This document shows, in pieces, positions 11,732 to 24,818 of a DNA stretch of 64,000 bases. The notes beneath the pieces are model-generated. The model searched no databases. It saw only the letters and a program-made list of their open reading frames with translations, and was not told where the DNA came from. Each line of letters begins with the position of its first letter. Positions within the stretch are counted from its first letter, which is position 1. A program made the translations under genes and the position numbers. The stretch comes from Seison nebaliae (taxonomy: Eukaryota). Location: contig JALJEE010000208.1 of NCBI GenBank assembly GCA_023231475.1, positions 1 through 64,000 of the forward strand, written 5' to 3'.

Positions 11732-13012
11732 TCAGAATAAGGAGGACTCTTGTGTGTTGAACGATTGAGTCCATGCTTGTTTGAGAGTTGCACTCTTTAA
11801 ATATTCATACGGTATTAGCGGAACATTAGGGAGATATTTGAAATCAGGATTCTTATACTTTCTTCGAAGAACGTTCGTGACAATTTGCCTCCGATATAAT
11901 CGCCAATTAATTTCCTCAATTACTAAATTTAATCTCTTCTCATAAGTAGAGATTGGAAGTTGAGTATAGAATTGACGGAAATAGACGAATGCATTTGGAA
12001 TATGATGTTCTTGAGCCAGTTTATTTAACAATTTCTTTGATAATTGTATCAGAATTGAATTCTCATATGCGATGAATGTGACATGATAATCCCTTTCATT
12101 AACACCGAAATAAGAGTTTGGTGGAAAGGAACCAAGTCCAAATATCAATTCATCTTCCGTGTCATTTATCGTTTCAACGGTACTTTCTAAAATGAGAAAT
12201 TCATATTAATTTAAAATTTCTAATTAAATAATAACGTTTCTTTACAACGCGCACTTTCGAAAAGAAGAAATCATTAACTTCCCTGGCTGGAAATAAGTTG
12301 AATAAATGATAAGATTAGTTACTAAATTAATCATAACCTGAAATTCGTTTTTTCCTAAAAGCATAATCAATTCTCAATTGATTCACTTGTTCTAATGTCA
12401 CTGTGTCCATACGATCGCCATCTTTACGCAAAGGATAAGCATCGACAACATCTTGACTATATTTCACCGGTTTCTCTAAACATCTCGCCACTTCATGCAT
12501 ATCCACCAACTTCCTCAAGAAATATGGTCGACGATGTTCAAAGAAGAAATTAGTCAATTCCTCAAAATGTCTCTCGCACTCTTCGCGTGGCAATGATTTC
12601 CGTTCCTTTTCGATCGATTTTGCCATATTTGTCGCAGCAGTTGTCGCTTCCGTCAATTTCGTTTCATTCTTACTCGATTTTTTTAAGAATTCTAATAAAT
12701 TCGAACTTTCAACCGATTCCATCGCATTGCTGTTATTGTTGTTGGTGTTTAGATTGGATATGGGTAATTTATAGAAATTTCTTTCGAAATCATTTACCAA
12801 ATTATTCTCCTTCTTTTTCTTCTCATAAATATAAGATAAACGTCGATTTCTTATCGGTGGCAAACGATGGGACGATCTTCTTTTTGACTTTTTCGATTTC
12901 TTCATTCTTAATTCATTCAACTTCTTATAATCTTCTTCTTTGAAGAAAGTGGTAAATGGTCGAACGTGATGTTGTAAATATCTCCATCGTATCGATAATG
13001 GTCGTTTTCTTC

Positions 13013-13046
<34 letters not shown>

Positions 13047-14333
13047 GTTATAATTATTATTTTTACTAGAAATTGATGATCTTTTAGCATTACTAAACGT
13101 ACTAATCATCATGCTACTAGGAAATGATTTCAAATTTGGTACAGATGATAAATTGCGACCCATCGATTCATGTGGTTTAGGTACGATATCCTTCAACTTA
13201 TGTCGATAGAGTGCATTCTTCACCAAATTCACTAATTGATATCGACGAGAACTTCTAATTTTCTCATAATCCGAATCATCTTCATCGTCGGATTTAGGGT
13301 CAGATCTCACCGATTGGAAACCTCGGGATGTTACGGATTTCGATTTTACAGTTCGAATCTTTTTATTCAACGTCCTCGTACTAAGTACCATTCGAACACT
13401 TTTATTTTTGGGTTTAGCTCGATATATCGAATCTTTAAGAGATGCCGATTGTAACGTGTCAACTGAACGTTCTTTCAAATTTCCTTTTAATTGTTCTTCA
13501 ATCGAATTATTGAAAGAGAATTTTAATCAATTTAAATCCTAACCCACTTTACCTTTCGTACTTTTCTTATAACTATTTAAAATTTTCAAATATTTCGCTG
13601 GTAAATGAATGGAGGATAACATGTCCACTTTCCCATTAATGACAATGAAAAAATTATCATGCTTTTCTGTACGATACGATTGTACGATATCATCAGGTTG
13701 TGCGAATATTAACGAAGAATTTTTTATTAAAGTACCTAAGGCGGCACATGTCCAATTCTTAAATGATTCGTGTTTCGATAAGAATGACGCCATCACAACC
13801 TCACAATATCTTCGATATTCTAACGTCATTTGTCTCAAATTATCGGGATGAATTGCTAATAATGAGACTGCCGTCCGTGTTATGATAGTGCAAGTTCTTG
13901 ATACAGAAATATAACGACTTAAACCAAAAAAATAATCTTCGCCAATCGTATCGATTGGTTCATCTTCATCGATGAAGAAAACGTTCAATTTTCCTGCTAA
14001 AACATAAAAAATTCCTGAAGATTTATGTCCCGCCCGTATAATGAGACGACCGGGACCAAAATGTCGAATTTCTAAATGTTTCAACCAAAACAATTTCAAA
14101 CCGATGGGCAAATTGTCGTACCGTTTAAACTGGGAGAATATCTTGAGCAACGGGAACAATTGATTGATTGTCCGTTTTGATGTAGGTTGTTTGAGCAACG
14201 CCTTTTCACTCGGCTTCAACGACAACGGACGAATGGCTGGAGCATATTCACTCGGTAGACATGTCGGTTTTATTTTCGGATTTACTGAATTATCTTTAGG
14301 CCATTCGACGCCTGAATCCGATTTGGAACTCAT
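11732..14333 (-). CDS. Cyclic-nucleotide-binding domain protein (CNBD1/CNBD2-like); 4 exons, introns 13496-13543, 12287-12337, 12187-12235
   Basis: CNBD motifs FGPGRLIIRAGH...FYVLAGKLNV...YFFG...RTCTI, and a second CNBD interrupted by a long basic insertion (FFIVINGKVDM ... GSFPPNSYFGV). Three GTT...AG introns join ORFs 13539, 12327 and 11732 in frame. Confidence 0.7.
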
Positions 14334-15182
14334 AAGAATTTTTATTTATTCACTTTAAATCCGTTCCCAACAAAAATGAATTCTTTTAAAGGAATTTCTT
14401 TTTCTTAAATATTCGATTTCCTAACAATTCTTTTACGATCCATTAAAAACAATCGTCGGAATTTCCCCTCCAAAAACATAACAATTTAAGGACGAACAAA
14501 TTAAATTTTTTGCGCAAATAAATTAGTCGTTAGTAAAACTTTTACAGATTAATATTTCCTTCAATAATCTCTTCAACGGATAATGGTAACGGTTTTATTT
14601 ATTAGAGAATATCATATTAAATTCATTAGGGGGCAAATTGGACATCAATTTTTCACGTGGGGGACAATTTCCATCTCTCTTAACAAATTGTAATGGTATT
14701 GTGGAGAAATAATTAATGGACACTTTTATTACCAAATTAAAAGAGAACTTATCAGGATATCGTCTTTTGAAAATGAAACTTTTAATAAAATGACAAATTT
14801 AATCAGAATGAATTAAAAACAGAAATTCGTCCTTTAATTTGGAAGAGTTAATAAAATATGAAGAATATTTGTAGTTAACATATGACATGTGGATAAAAAG
14901 TAAAATTTTCATAAGAATCTATAAGAATCTATATTAGAGATTCTATAAGAATAGTAATCCAACACGTGTAATTTTGGTCGGAATAATATTCAAAATTTTG
15001 AAAATGTCCAAAGCTTATAATTTGAATTTAAGTAATTTCAAAATAAAAATTTCGAAATTAAAAATGAACTTCCCGTCTATCATATTATCATATTATCCTC
15101 GTGAATTTCTTCACGTTTTTTCAACAATAACATTAGAAGATTGTTATTCAAAAAACTTATTTCTTGATTCGTTTGAGAGAAG

Positions 15183-15847
15183 ATGAGGTTTCTTATTCTA
15201 TTCTGTCTGTCTTCTAAATCTATTTCATTGAATTTTTAAGTAATTTAGGAGTACAAAGAAGATTAGCTGCTTCTGTTCTTGGGTGTGGAAAGAAGAAGAT
15301 TTGGTTGGATCCGAATGAACCTGGAACGATTTCCGGAGCGAATAGTCGTCAGAATGTTAAAAGATTGATAAAAGATGGATTGATCATTCGAAAGCCAGTC
15401 GTTGTCCATTCACATTTCCGAGTTCGTCGGAAGTTGGAGGAGAAACGTAAAGGACGTCACATGGGATTAGGAAAGAGGAAAGGTACGAAGAATGCCAGAA
15501 ATCCAGAGAAGACTCAATGGATGAAAAGACAACGTGTCCTACGTCGACTATTAAAACGTTATCGAACAGATCTCAAAATCGACAAACATATGTATCACAC
15601 ACTCTACATGAAGTGCAAAGGTAACGTCTTCAAGAATAAGAGATTGCTCATGGAATATATCCATAAGAAGAAGGCTGAAAACTTGCGACAATTGGAATTG
15701 CAGAACGCTGCTGATTCACGTCGTCAAAAGGCCAAATCACGTAAGGAGAAGATCCAACAGAAACAATTGTTGAAGAAACAGTTATTGATCAAGAAAGTTG
15801 AACCGTCAGACAAGGCAGAGAAGACCACAGAATTAACGGCACAATAA
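15183..15847 (+). CDS. RPL19: 60S ribosomal protein L19 (eL19); intron 15188-15240
   Basis: Spliced product [28 protein letters not shown]...[17 protein letters not shown]...[23 protein letters not shown]. Confidence 0.98.
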
Positions 15848-16538
15848 TCGACATAGCCAAATTCTATTTATACGTAAAAATCTTCTAAACAATTTTCAAA
15901 TTCCTGTTGATTTCTCAAATTAAATGAATATTAATAAGCGTATTAATTCCATCATCTTCTCACTTAATCTCACAATAATGTCAACTCAATAAAATTCTCC
16001 CAAGTTTTTTCGAAGTAGATAATCGAAAGAAATTGAGAATATTCCAATGAAATTGTTAAAAGAGAATTTCTTTATTCTTAAAACAATTTTCATTAAGAAA
16101 ATTATTATTTTCTAATACTTTTTCTTCATCTTCGTTCTAATGGCGAATTCTCGAGAATAATTTTTCTTCTCATATAATGTCAGATGAGAATCAATCGTTT
16201 TTATTGGATTGTTATTGTTGATTGGAAGAATGTTAATTAAAATGAATTCTATCGAATACTTTAATGAGATCATGAGAATAATTAAAGTGGATGATCGTTA
16301 AAACACTCGATTCAAAACATTAAGTAATTCAAAGTAATAGAAAGAGAAAAAGAAAAATTCTTTATAAAACAAATTCACTTAACAATTAACAAATAATTTT
16401 AAATTAATAATAATAATAATAGGAAATTTTTATAAAATTTGGATATGTGATGAATATCGTGTAATTATGTCATCTTATGTAAGAAGTTGAAGGGTGGAAA
16501 TAAATCGATTTCTGTTTATTTATTAAGTAATAATTATT

Positions 16539-16552
16539 GTTACCATGGAGAT
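16539..16552. promoter_or_regulatory. RFX X-box-like motif GTTACCATGGAGAT just upstream of the ANKRD60 start
   Basis: Near match to the X-box palindrome GTTRCC-AT-GGYAAC, ending 27 nt before ATG 16579. Confidence 0.5.
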
Positions 16553-16578
16553 TTGGAGTTGAAAAAGAAAAAGTTTCA

Positions 16579-17584
16579 ATGAAGAAAATTCGATTAAATC
16601 TCCAACTTCTATCTACTAACGAGGAGTTCTCAATGAAGATCGATTCGTTAGAAGTGAAAGTTCTTTCCATCAAAGAACAATTGGAATTGGTCATTGGATT
16701 GCCAGTGAATTTAATCAAATTATCATTCAACGATGACGGTTCAGATTATTTTTCCGCTCGAATAACATTAATTAATTTGAATAATTTCAGCTGATTTATT
16801 GGATAATAAGTCATTGAAATTCTACCAGATTTATCATCGAGCACGAATTCAAATGAAAATTTTTCATTTATATGAAACTTTAATAAATGACGTTGTTCAT
16901 GAGAGTTTGGAGAATGTTTGGAAGAATTTCATTTCTTTTTCTAATTTTCAAAAATATTTTCAGTTGAAATCGAATGGAATTTTCCAGAACGAACCATTCT
17001 CATCACCAACGGCGGAATATATGATGAAGAAGGATCGTCAAAATTTTATCAAAGATCGAAATGGCATTGCCATTTATGTGGCATCACATCGAGGTCTATT
17101 AGAAGTTCTTCAATTCATCCAATTCCAATGTGTGACGAAAGAGGAAGAAATAAATTTGAAATATCGTACACCGGTTGGACGGACGGCATTACATGTAGCT
17201 TCCTTTCGTTCAAATTTGAATGTCATCAATTTTTTATTGAATAATGGAATTGGTTTCAATGTGAAAGACGTGAATAATATCACTCCATTGAAGTTGAGTG
17301 AAGAGAATGGGAATGATGGGAAGGATTGTTCGAAAAGATTAATTCAACAAAAATGGATGGATAATAATCGTCGAAATGAACGACCGAAATCTTTGTCGAT
17401 ACGTCATCGGAATTCGAAGAAAGAACATGAAAATATTTTGCCATTCCTACGAAACGATTCGCAGCAACCGACATGGTTAAAGGGACCGTTTATGCAACTT
17501 TATTTCGCTAACAATTTATCGATCAGCAACGATTTCAGTGGAACTATGTTCAATGCTCCAAAACGTCAAACGGTTGAACGTTAG
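16579..17584 (+). CDS. ANKRD60: Ubiquitin-like + ankyrin-repeat protein, ANKRD60-like; introns 16739-16790 and 16916-16963
   Basis: Ubiquitin-like segment (IKEQLELVIGLP...LLDNKSLKFY) followed by IAIYVASHRG and RTPVGRTALHVA ankyrin repeats. Confidence 0.7.
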
Positions 17585-20500
17585 TACAATTTTGGTTGTT
17601 TGTTATTTCACGAATTGAGAACGATGAAAAATTACGTTTTGAATGACGTAGAAAAAACAGGTAGAGGAGGACGAAGTTAATTGTTGGACGAATATTAGAA
17701 TGAAGGAAATTAAGAAGTTTTTCTAATAATCTTCTCTCATCACTTTACGACGACTACGACGACAACAACGACGACGACGTTAATGAGTAGAGTTGAGTAT
17801 TTGATTTGTTAGTTGCCGGAAGCGATGATAGGTGTATTTTTCGAGATGACAATATTCAAATAGAAAATAGCTAGAGGCGTGAATGATGCGAATGAAATAT
17901 AATTATAAAGCAACAATAACAATGTTGTCGGAGCATAAGACGGAAAAGACCAATAGTAATGATAATCATTTGATGAGGAGGAAAATGATGAAGTCAAAAT
18001 ATTAATTAACATTATTTAATGTTTTCTAAATTGACTTGTCATTGAGTAAACAATAAATAACTGTTTTTGGATATTTCGTCGATTTTAAGAATTCTTCTAT
18101 CCCAAATTTTTCCTTTTTTTTTAAAGATGCTCTTAATAGAAATGAAATTAAAATGAAAAAAAAATTTTTTTTCAATAAAAAAAGATTTGTAAAATTTTTT
18201 CATTTAATGATCTACATTCGTCGACTTCGACGTTCCTTTTTCGCATTTAAGATAAATTGAATAATAGTAAAATAATGAGTTGAGGTGGAGGAGTTGGGAA
18301 TAAAGAGAGTGGGGATATGAACGTAAATTGAGCTATTCAAATAGTTTTCTTTATTTAAAAAAATTCTTTCTTGATAAATCTCATATTATTTTGCTCCTTT
18401 ACAATTGATACATGCAGGTGGTCGTTCGATTGTTGTATGGAAAAGAATTGATGTATAATAAATGTTCTCATGAACTTAATTTAAAAAAAAGAAAGTTTTC
18501 GAGTTCATTCCTCTTATTCACATCCTTTCTCCTATTGTGAGACGAGAGATGTTTGGAGGAGTGATATAGTTGTTGCAATTTAACTAAACAATTTAAAGTA
18601 GATAGATAAACCGAGAATCGAAGTAGAGACTGTAAGATAGATAGATAAGTAAATTGCGCATGTATAATCATTGTACGCGCAGATCTAATTGAGTGTTATT
18701 TGAATTTGTATTGAAGTCTATATCTGAGCGGTAATCTATACGTCTGGAAATTAATAATGTTGTGGTAGAAAGTTGGTTGAGAATGATGGCGGAGGAAGCT
18801 CGTTAAATAGTGTTATCGATGAAGATTTGTAATTGGTGTGTTTGAAATTGAGTTTGCGAGTTCAAAAGGTTTCCTCCTTCCAAGTCAACTCACATTTCTC
18901 CACTACTCGAAAGAGGAGGATGAAGAAGTTAAAATAATACACAAATGAAATAAGTGTTGATTTTGTACATTTGTTTGGTGTTATCTTTTTCCCGTCTTAT
19001 CATTTAGTTTCATCAAGTTAATGACTCTGAAAAGAATAATTGAGCAAGTCGATCATTTTATCGACGTTGGGAATAGATGATTCAAGTCGATCAACTGATT
19101 GCCATATCATCCTCTTGAATTTAGAGATGTATTTTGGAATGTGAAGACTTCACAGTGAAGTTTAGTTAGAGATCTTCCTAATTTCTTCAATGAAGAGTCT
19201 TGATCTTATCTAGTTGGATTGGAGTTGGGTCTGTATTTATCCGTCTTACATTTATCATGCTATCTTCAAACTTCTCTTCTTTCTCCCATTTCGAATTTGG
19301 ATTCGGTAACATATTCATCTATATATTCACTTAAATTCTCTTATTCATCTTCTCATTCATTTATTTATCCATCCATTTATCCACCTGTCTATTCCTGTCT
19401 ATCCATCCTCATCTATTTATCCATTATCAATTTCTCTTTCGATTTCTTAAAGCAAAACATTAGAAAACCACTCCAATCAGTAACAACCACGTACACCGCA
19501 ACATGATTCTCCGTTTCCGTTTTTTTCTTAAATATTGTAATTGACTTCTTTCTTTCGTCTTCATCTTCCTCTCTCCTATTTTCTCCGTTTTCAAACTTAA
19601 TAATGATTTCTTTTATTTCTATTTAAGAGAATGGGAAGAAGTTAAGAATTTCACTAATCTAATAGCCATTCGTATTTATGTGAAATTGCGTAATTGCATT
19701 AGATATACAATGACGATTGGTGAGAGTTCAATAAAATTGCCATTAACAAAGAGGTCTCTCCCGAGGAGAGAACGAACATATTAAGAAATGTAATTAAATC
19801 ATCAGGAAAATATTGTTCTATAATTTTTTAGTAAATTAAATTAATTTCAATTAAATTCAATTAAGTTATAAATTGGAGAAAATGGATGAGTCGATATTCT
19901 TCTATTCATTGACAGGGAGATATTGAGAAATTGAAGTTATTTATATATAGGATAAGATCAATCAATATATCTATATATCTATCTATCTATCTTTTATTTC
20001 TCCCATAAGAAATTCTTTTAGAGGTCGAGAACATAATTTCGGATAATTTTAAATTATGATTTTTCAATTTCATCTCACCATTGCGCCTATCCATATCATT
20101 GATTATATAAAGGAACATCCATTTCCCGTCTTTATTCCTTATTGTTCATTTATCATGTTTTTAATATATTTATCATATTATCTTGATAAACGAAATGGGT
20201 AATCGAGAGGCACCTAAAATAGTATACCACAGTCGCCTCCCCGCTTCAACCAGAATATCGTTAAATGTTCTAATCTTGAATGATTTCACTCCGACGACTA
20301 CTACGAATAAGAATAATAGTATTACTACCACTACTACTACTACTACTAATAATAATAATAATACAGACTACTACAACTCAGAAGACAGCAGTGGTGGTTG
20401 TTGTAAAATCAAAAGTTGAAAGTAATGTTTCTCTGAAGGTTTTCATGAATTTCTACCGAACCTCTTATTGATAATGCCGAATATATTTCAATTATCATCT

Positions 20501-21108
20501 AGACGTTGAGAACGTCTAACGAAGGTAATTCGACGTCATCATTTCACTTTCATCTACTTCTTTCTTTCTTTCTTGTATTTCTTACTATCTTCATCGTTTC
20601 AAATTCATAATGATAATGATAATAATTTCATTTAGACTTCTTCTTCTTCTTCTTCTTTTTCACCTATACGTAGTGATCTGGAGAGATTGTCGGTTAATAT
20701 GAAGTGAAACTTATTAGTTATTATTATGTTAATTCGATCTAATTGATATTCAACTTAGTCTCATGGGAAAATCCGTTGAATCGTTCGATGAATTACATCG
20801 ATCTCGATCTTTAGAAATTTTACTCTTATAGCAACTCAACATCCATTGTGTCACATGATGTCATAAAAGACAAAAGAAAATCAATTATCTAAATCAATTT
20901 CCCTTCGTATATACTCCCAATGAGTGAACGGAGTCTCGTCTATAATTATTTTTGCAATTCCCATTTAATTCTCTCTTGAACATCTTTCAGATTAATTAGA
21001 TTTCTCTAATTAATTTTTTAAAATTTCTCCTCCATCAACTGGATATTCCAGTTGGGTTACACGTCGAACAATTGTCTTTAAGGGAAATAAGAAGTGAATT
21101 AGAAGAAA

Positions 21109-24100
21109 ATGCAGCGCGCTGCCCCACCACTAGCCATCGGCTCATCCAAATTACAAAAGAGAATATCCACTTCAAATTGGAAGACACTGAGAGTGCATGG
21201 ACTCACTTTACCCCAATCGAATCTTGATACAATTACCGATGAGTCGGAAGCTGAATCGAATGATTCTTTATCGAAAAAATTTTATGAGAATGTTCTTGAT
21301 AATACTTTCGTATCTCCTCTACATTCATCTACACGACTCAATGATTATATTCATCGGAAAATGAAAAAATCTAAATCTGTTACAAATTATCTGAAACAAG
21401 CATCCTCACCTGAATCAACACCACCATTAAAGAAACGTAGAAATCGTCGTCATCATCATCATCAACAACAACACTCCAATGAAATTGATAATGTTAACCG
21501 TGAACAACAACAACAACAACAACAATCAAATGAAGCTGAGACTCCTAGACAACAACAACAGCAACAACTTCAACATCAACAGCAACAGCAGCAGCAGCAA
21601 CAACAACAACAAGCAAAATTATCACCAAAAAATTTATATCGATTACAACAACAAAGTAAATCGAAACACGAATCATCATATCATAAACGTCATCATCATC
21701 ATCATCATCATCATCAGCATTCCAATAGTTCTCGTCATTCAGATGAGATTGATGAAGATCTTCCTCAACAACGACAACATCTACAACAACAAATGGAAGT
21801 AGAAGCGCCGATGAGTAAACAACAGTCAAAATTGAATAATTCACCGAAAATAAAAATACCAAAAAATTCGAGATCACCTTTAAGAAGATGCGAATCGTCA
21901 TTGGCATCATTCAATTCATCTTCACCTTATCATCGACGACGAAAAAAACAATTTTCTGTGGAGGAAAAAGAAAATTTTTCTGATATATCTCCCCGAACTC
22001 ATCCATCTTCCAATTATGAGAAGAATGATTATCTTCTTCGTTCTCATCCACCGCAGACGATGAATATTGAGAAAAATTTGAAACGTTCGGCATCAGCCAA
22101 ACGAATACGACCTGATGACTTAAATAAAAAAGAAGTTTATTCTCGAATCTTCCAACCGAGTGAAATGATCGAAGCATCACCTCAAAGTGAAAATTGTCAA
22201 TTTAATCATCGTCAAGATCGAATGCAATTAAGAGCGATTCGTGGAACATTAGTTGCCATGCCGTCACTTGTTAATAAACATATCATATCTCGATCATTCA
22301 TTTGGGAGGATGTGGACGTTAGTAAAGAACCATATTTGAAATCAGATAAAATGAAAAATCTTTCTATTCCCAAGAGAGATGAACGGAGAACATCACCGAA
22401 ATATTTGAACTCAAATATCGAAAGATCTAAAAGTCTCATCGTTAATCATCAACCACCTAATCATTATCATGAAAATTCAACACCAACAACAATAACAACA
22501 TCGTCATCATCTTCTTCGTCAAATGATGATCAATATCATCAATCATCATATCATCATGATCATCAACAAGTACAACAACTAACTGAACAATTATCACAAC
22601 CACAACAACAACAACAACAACCACAAGGATTAATCGACATTCAATCAGATAATAGAAGAGATATCAATTTTAATAATTATCAAAATTTTATTGATAAGAA
22701 TAAGAATAATAATAATAATAAAGAAGACGAGCGAAGACATGTCAGAACGAAACAGAATAATTTATATAATTTAGATGATCTTGATCATTATATGACTGAC
22801 GAGAGAAAATTACATAATTATGATGATCGTCTTCAATTGCCAGCACTTCGTCCGTCCAAATCAACCATATTATTCTCGAAAGAATCGAAATCGAAGGATG
22901 TTAAACCGTTGATACTTCGAGTGAAAACGAAAATGCCATTATCTTCTCCAAAAAAATCGCCGAAATCAGCTGATGTGATGGAAATACAAGTGAAAGGAAA
23001 ATCGACAAGAAAACGGAATGAGAATATTCAAACTTCCCGGAAATCTCACGGTAAACTTACCAGTGACGAGATTAGTGAAGAAATCGAATCGAATTCCAAA
23101 TCGAAATCTTCTTCTAAGAATTACCGACATAATCAGACTTTATCCGAACCGAAGAAATCATCCCACTCATCAATTAAATATAAGGATAGTTCATCTAATG
23201 GTAATTCCCGATCGAATCGTCATTCTCATCATCCATCACATCAGCATCGACGACATAAACATGCGAAGCAGAAATCGGAAACTGTTTTCCATTCACCAAA
23301 ATTGAGAATTGATACTAGCCGTCCATCTGCCGATCCTTATCGCAGATCACTAAAATTCTCCCAAAGTTCTGCTATGTCAAATGATCAATCATCTCGATCG
23401 AATAATCAACAACAACAACAACAACCACAACCACAACAATATTCAAAAAATTATGAAAACGATAATGAAAATAATGGAAAGATTCCATATAATGACAATT
23501 TCAATCATCTTTCACAACAACAACAACAGAGACAGATGTTACAACAATATCAACAACAACAACAACGGCAAGCAACGTCGTCATCTTCTCAATTGCCGGT
23601 ACATATTCAAATGAGACGTCCTCCTACTTCTGCGAAGAAGGAAGATAAAATTCGTTATATTCGATTTCTTCAAGAACAAAAGAAATTGATGGAAGACGAA
23701 CGTCGTCGTCAATTTCGAAGTATTACATCATCTTCATCACGTTTCGGGAATTATAAACAATACGATGGTCATTTTCAACAACAGTCGTCAATACAACAAC
23801 AACAATCTCAACAAACAATCCACAAGACGTCCAAAGACCAACAACAACAACAACAACAAGCATCATTATTAGATAATATTAGTACATCGAAAGTGCAATT
23901 ACAACAACCATATCGATGGTTACGAACGGAAATCGGTACAAATAATGATGGACGACGAACGAGTCATATGATGAATAAATATAAATCTTTATCATCTCAA
24001 GTTTACATCGATAATTCGAAGAGTAGCAATCACATGCCGTATTCTTCTTCTATACAACAACCAGATCAGAAATATCAGCAACAATCACAACAGCAGAATA

Positions 24101-24381
24101 ATATGGACGAAAATGTTCACTATCAATACGATTCAGAAAATTACCAGCAGAAATCTCAACTCTTATTACATCCACACCTCCGCGAACATCATCAACAACA
24201 ACAGAAGAAACTCTACAACAATTACTCGAATGATAGAAACGTCTTGTCCAATGATAGTATGACCAATCTCACTTCCTATGTACGTTCACTCAATTTCACT
24301 GATAATGAAATACGATCTCATAAGCAACAAAAACAACAACAACAACAACAACACCCACAGTATTTAGCAGCAAATTATTAA
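21109..24381 (+). CDS. 1090-aa low-complexity (Q/S/H/N-rich), probably disordered orphan protein
   Basis: 3.3-kb uninterrupted ORF in AT-rich DNA with poly-Q and poly-H tracts. No recognisable domain. Confidence 0.7.
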   Translation: MQRAAPPLAIGSSKLQKRISTSNWKTLRVHGLTLPQSNLDTITDESEAESNDSLSKKFYENVLDNTFVSPLHSSTRLNDYIHRKMKKSKSVTNYLKQASSPESTPPLKKRRNRRHHHHQQQHSNEIDNVNREQQQQQQQSNEAETPRQQQQQQLQHQQQQQQQQQQQQAKLSPKNLYRLQQQSKSKHESSYHKRHHHHHHHHQHSNSSRHSDEIDEDLPQQRQHLQQQMEVEAPMSKQQSKLNNSPKIKIPKNSRSPLRRCESSLASFNSSSPYHRRRKKQFSVEEKENFSDISPRTHPSSNYEKNDYLLRSHPPQTMNIEKNLKRSASAKRIRPDDLNKKEVYSRIFQPSEMIEASPQSENCQFNHRQDRMQLRAIRGTLVAMPSLVNKHIISRSFIWEDVDVSKEPYLKSDKMKNLSIPKRDERRTSPKYLNSNIERSKSLIVNHQPPNHYHENSTPTTITTSSSSSSSNDDQYHQSSYHHDHQQVQQLTEQLSQPQQQQQQPQGLIDIQSDNRRDINFNNYQNFIDKNKNNNNNKEDERRHVRTKQNNLYNLDDLDHYMTDERKLHNYDDRLQLPALRPSKSTILFSKESKSKDVKPLILRVKTKMPLSSPKKSPKSADVMEIQVKGKSTRKRNENIQTSRKSHGKLTSDEISEEIESNSKSKSSSKNYRHNQTLSEPKKSSHSSIKYKDSSSNGNSRSNRHSHHPSHQHRRHKHAKQKSETVFHSPKLRIDTSRPSADPYRRSLKFSQSSAMSNDQSSRSNNQQQQQQPQPQQYSKNYENDNENNGKIPYNDNFNHLSQQQQQRQMLQQYQQQQQRQATSSSSQLPVHIQMRRPPTSAKKEDKIRYIRFLQEQKKLMEDERRRQFRSITSSSSRFGNYKQYDGHFQQQSSIQQQQSQQTIHKTSKDQQQQQQQASLLDNISTSKVQLQQPYRWLRTEIGTNNDGRRTSHMMNKYKSLSSQVYIDNSKSSNHMPYSSSIQQPDQKYQQQSQQQNNMDENVHYQYDSENYQQKSQLLLHPHLREHHQQQQKKLYNNYSNDRNVLSNDSMTNLTSYVRSLNFTDNEIRSHKQQKQQQQQQHPQYLAANY

Positions 24382-24818
24382 GATAAACAAATAAATGAAG
24401 AGAATTTTATTTTACGAATTCGTCAATCGTTCTTATTTCGATTGATCTCCAAATTCATAAGATTCCCATGCCATTTTCTTCATTCCTTCCTATTTTCTCC
24501 TTAATTCTAAATTGTTCCCATTATAAAGTTTATTATTCGAAATATTATTTATAATATTTATTCAATTTCTAACAAATATCAATTTAATACATTCTTTAAT
24601 TAGTTTACATTTCTTCCATCCTCTTCAAAAGAGAATAATGCTCAATATGTTGACTCATTTCAATATGACTAAACTTGTCGGTAAGAAATTACCGTTAAAA
24701 AAATATCATGTTTGAATATCATATTGAATAACATCCAGTTAATAAAACAAAATATAATAAAATAATTAAGAATGATGTTAAGGCACTTTCACATATATCC
24801 TCAATAACTGAGATCGAT

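Noticed and set aside
14911..14954. Short ATAAGAATCT tandem/inverted repeat upstream of RPL19
   Set aside because: Only two to three copies in AT-rich DNA, with no evidence of function.
20195..20419. MGNREAP... ORF as a myristoylated first exon making the 21109 protein a Naked-cuticle homologue
   Set aside because: No EF-hand/EFX domain is visible and no convincing splice path links the two ORFs.
21479..23614. Overlapping poly-N/I/V/D ORFs in other frames
   Set aside because: These are shadow frames of the CAA/CAT repeats in the main 1090-aa ORF.
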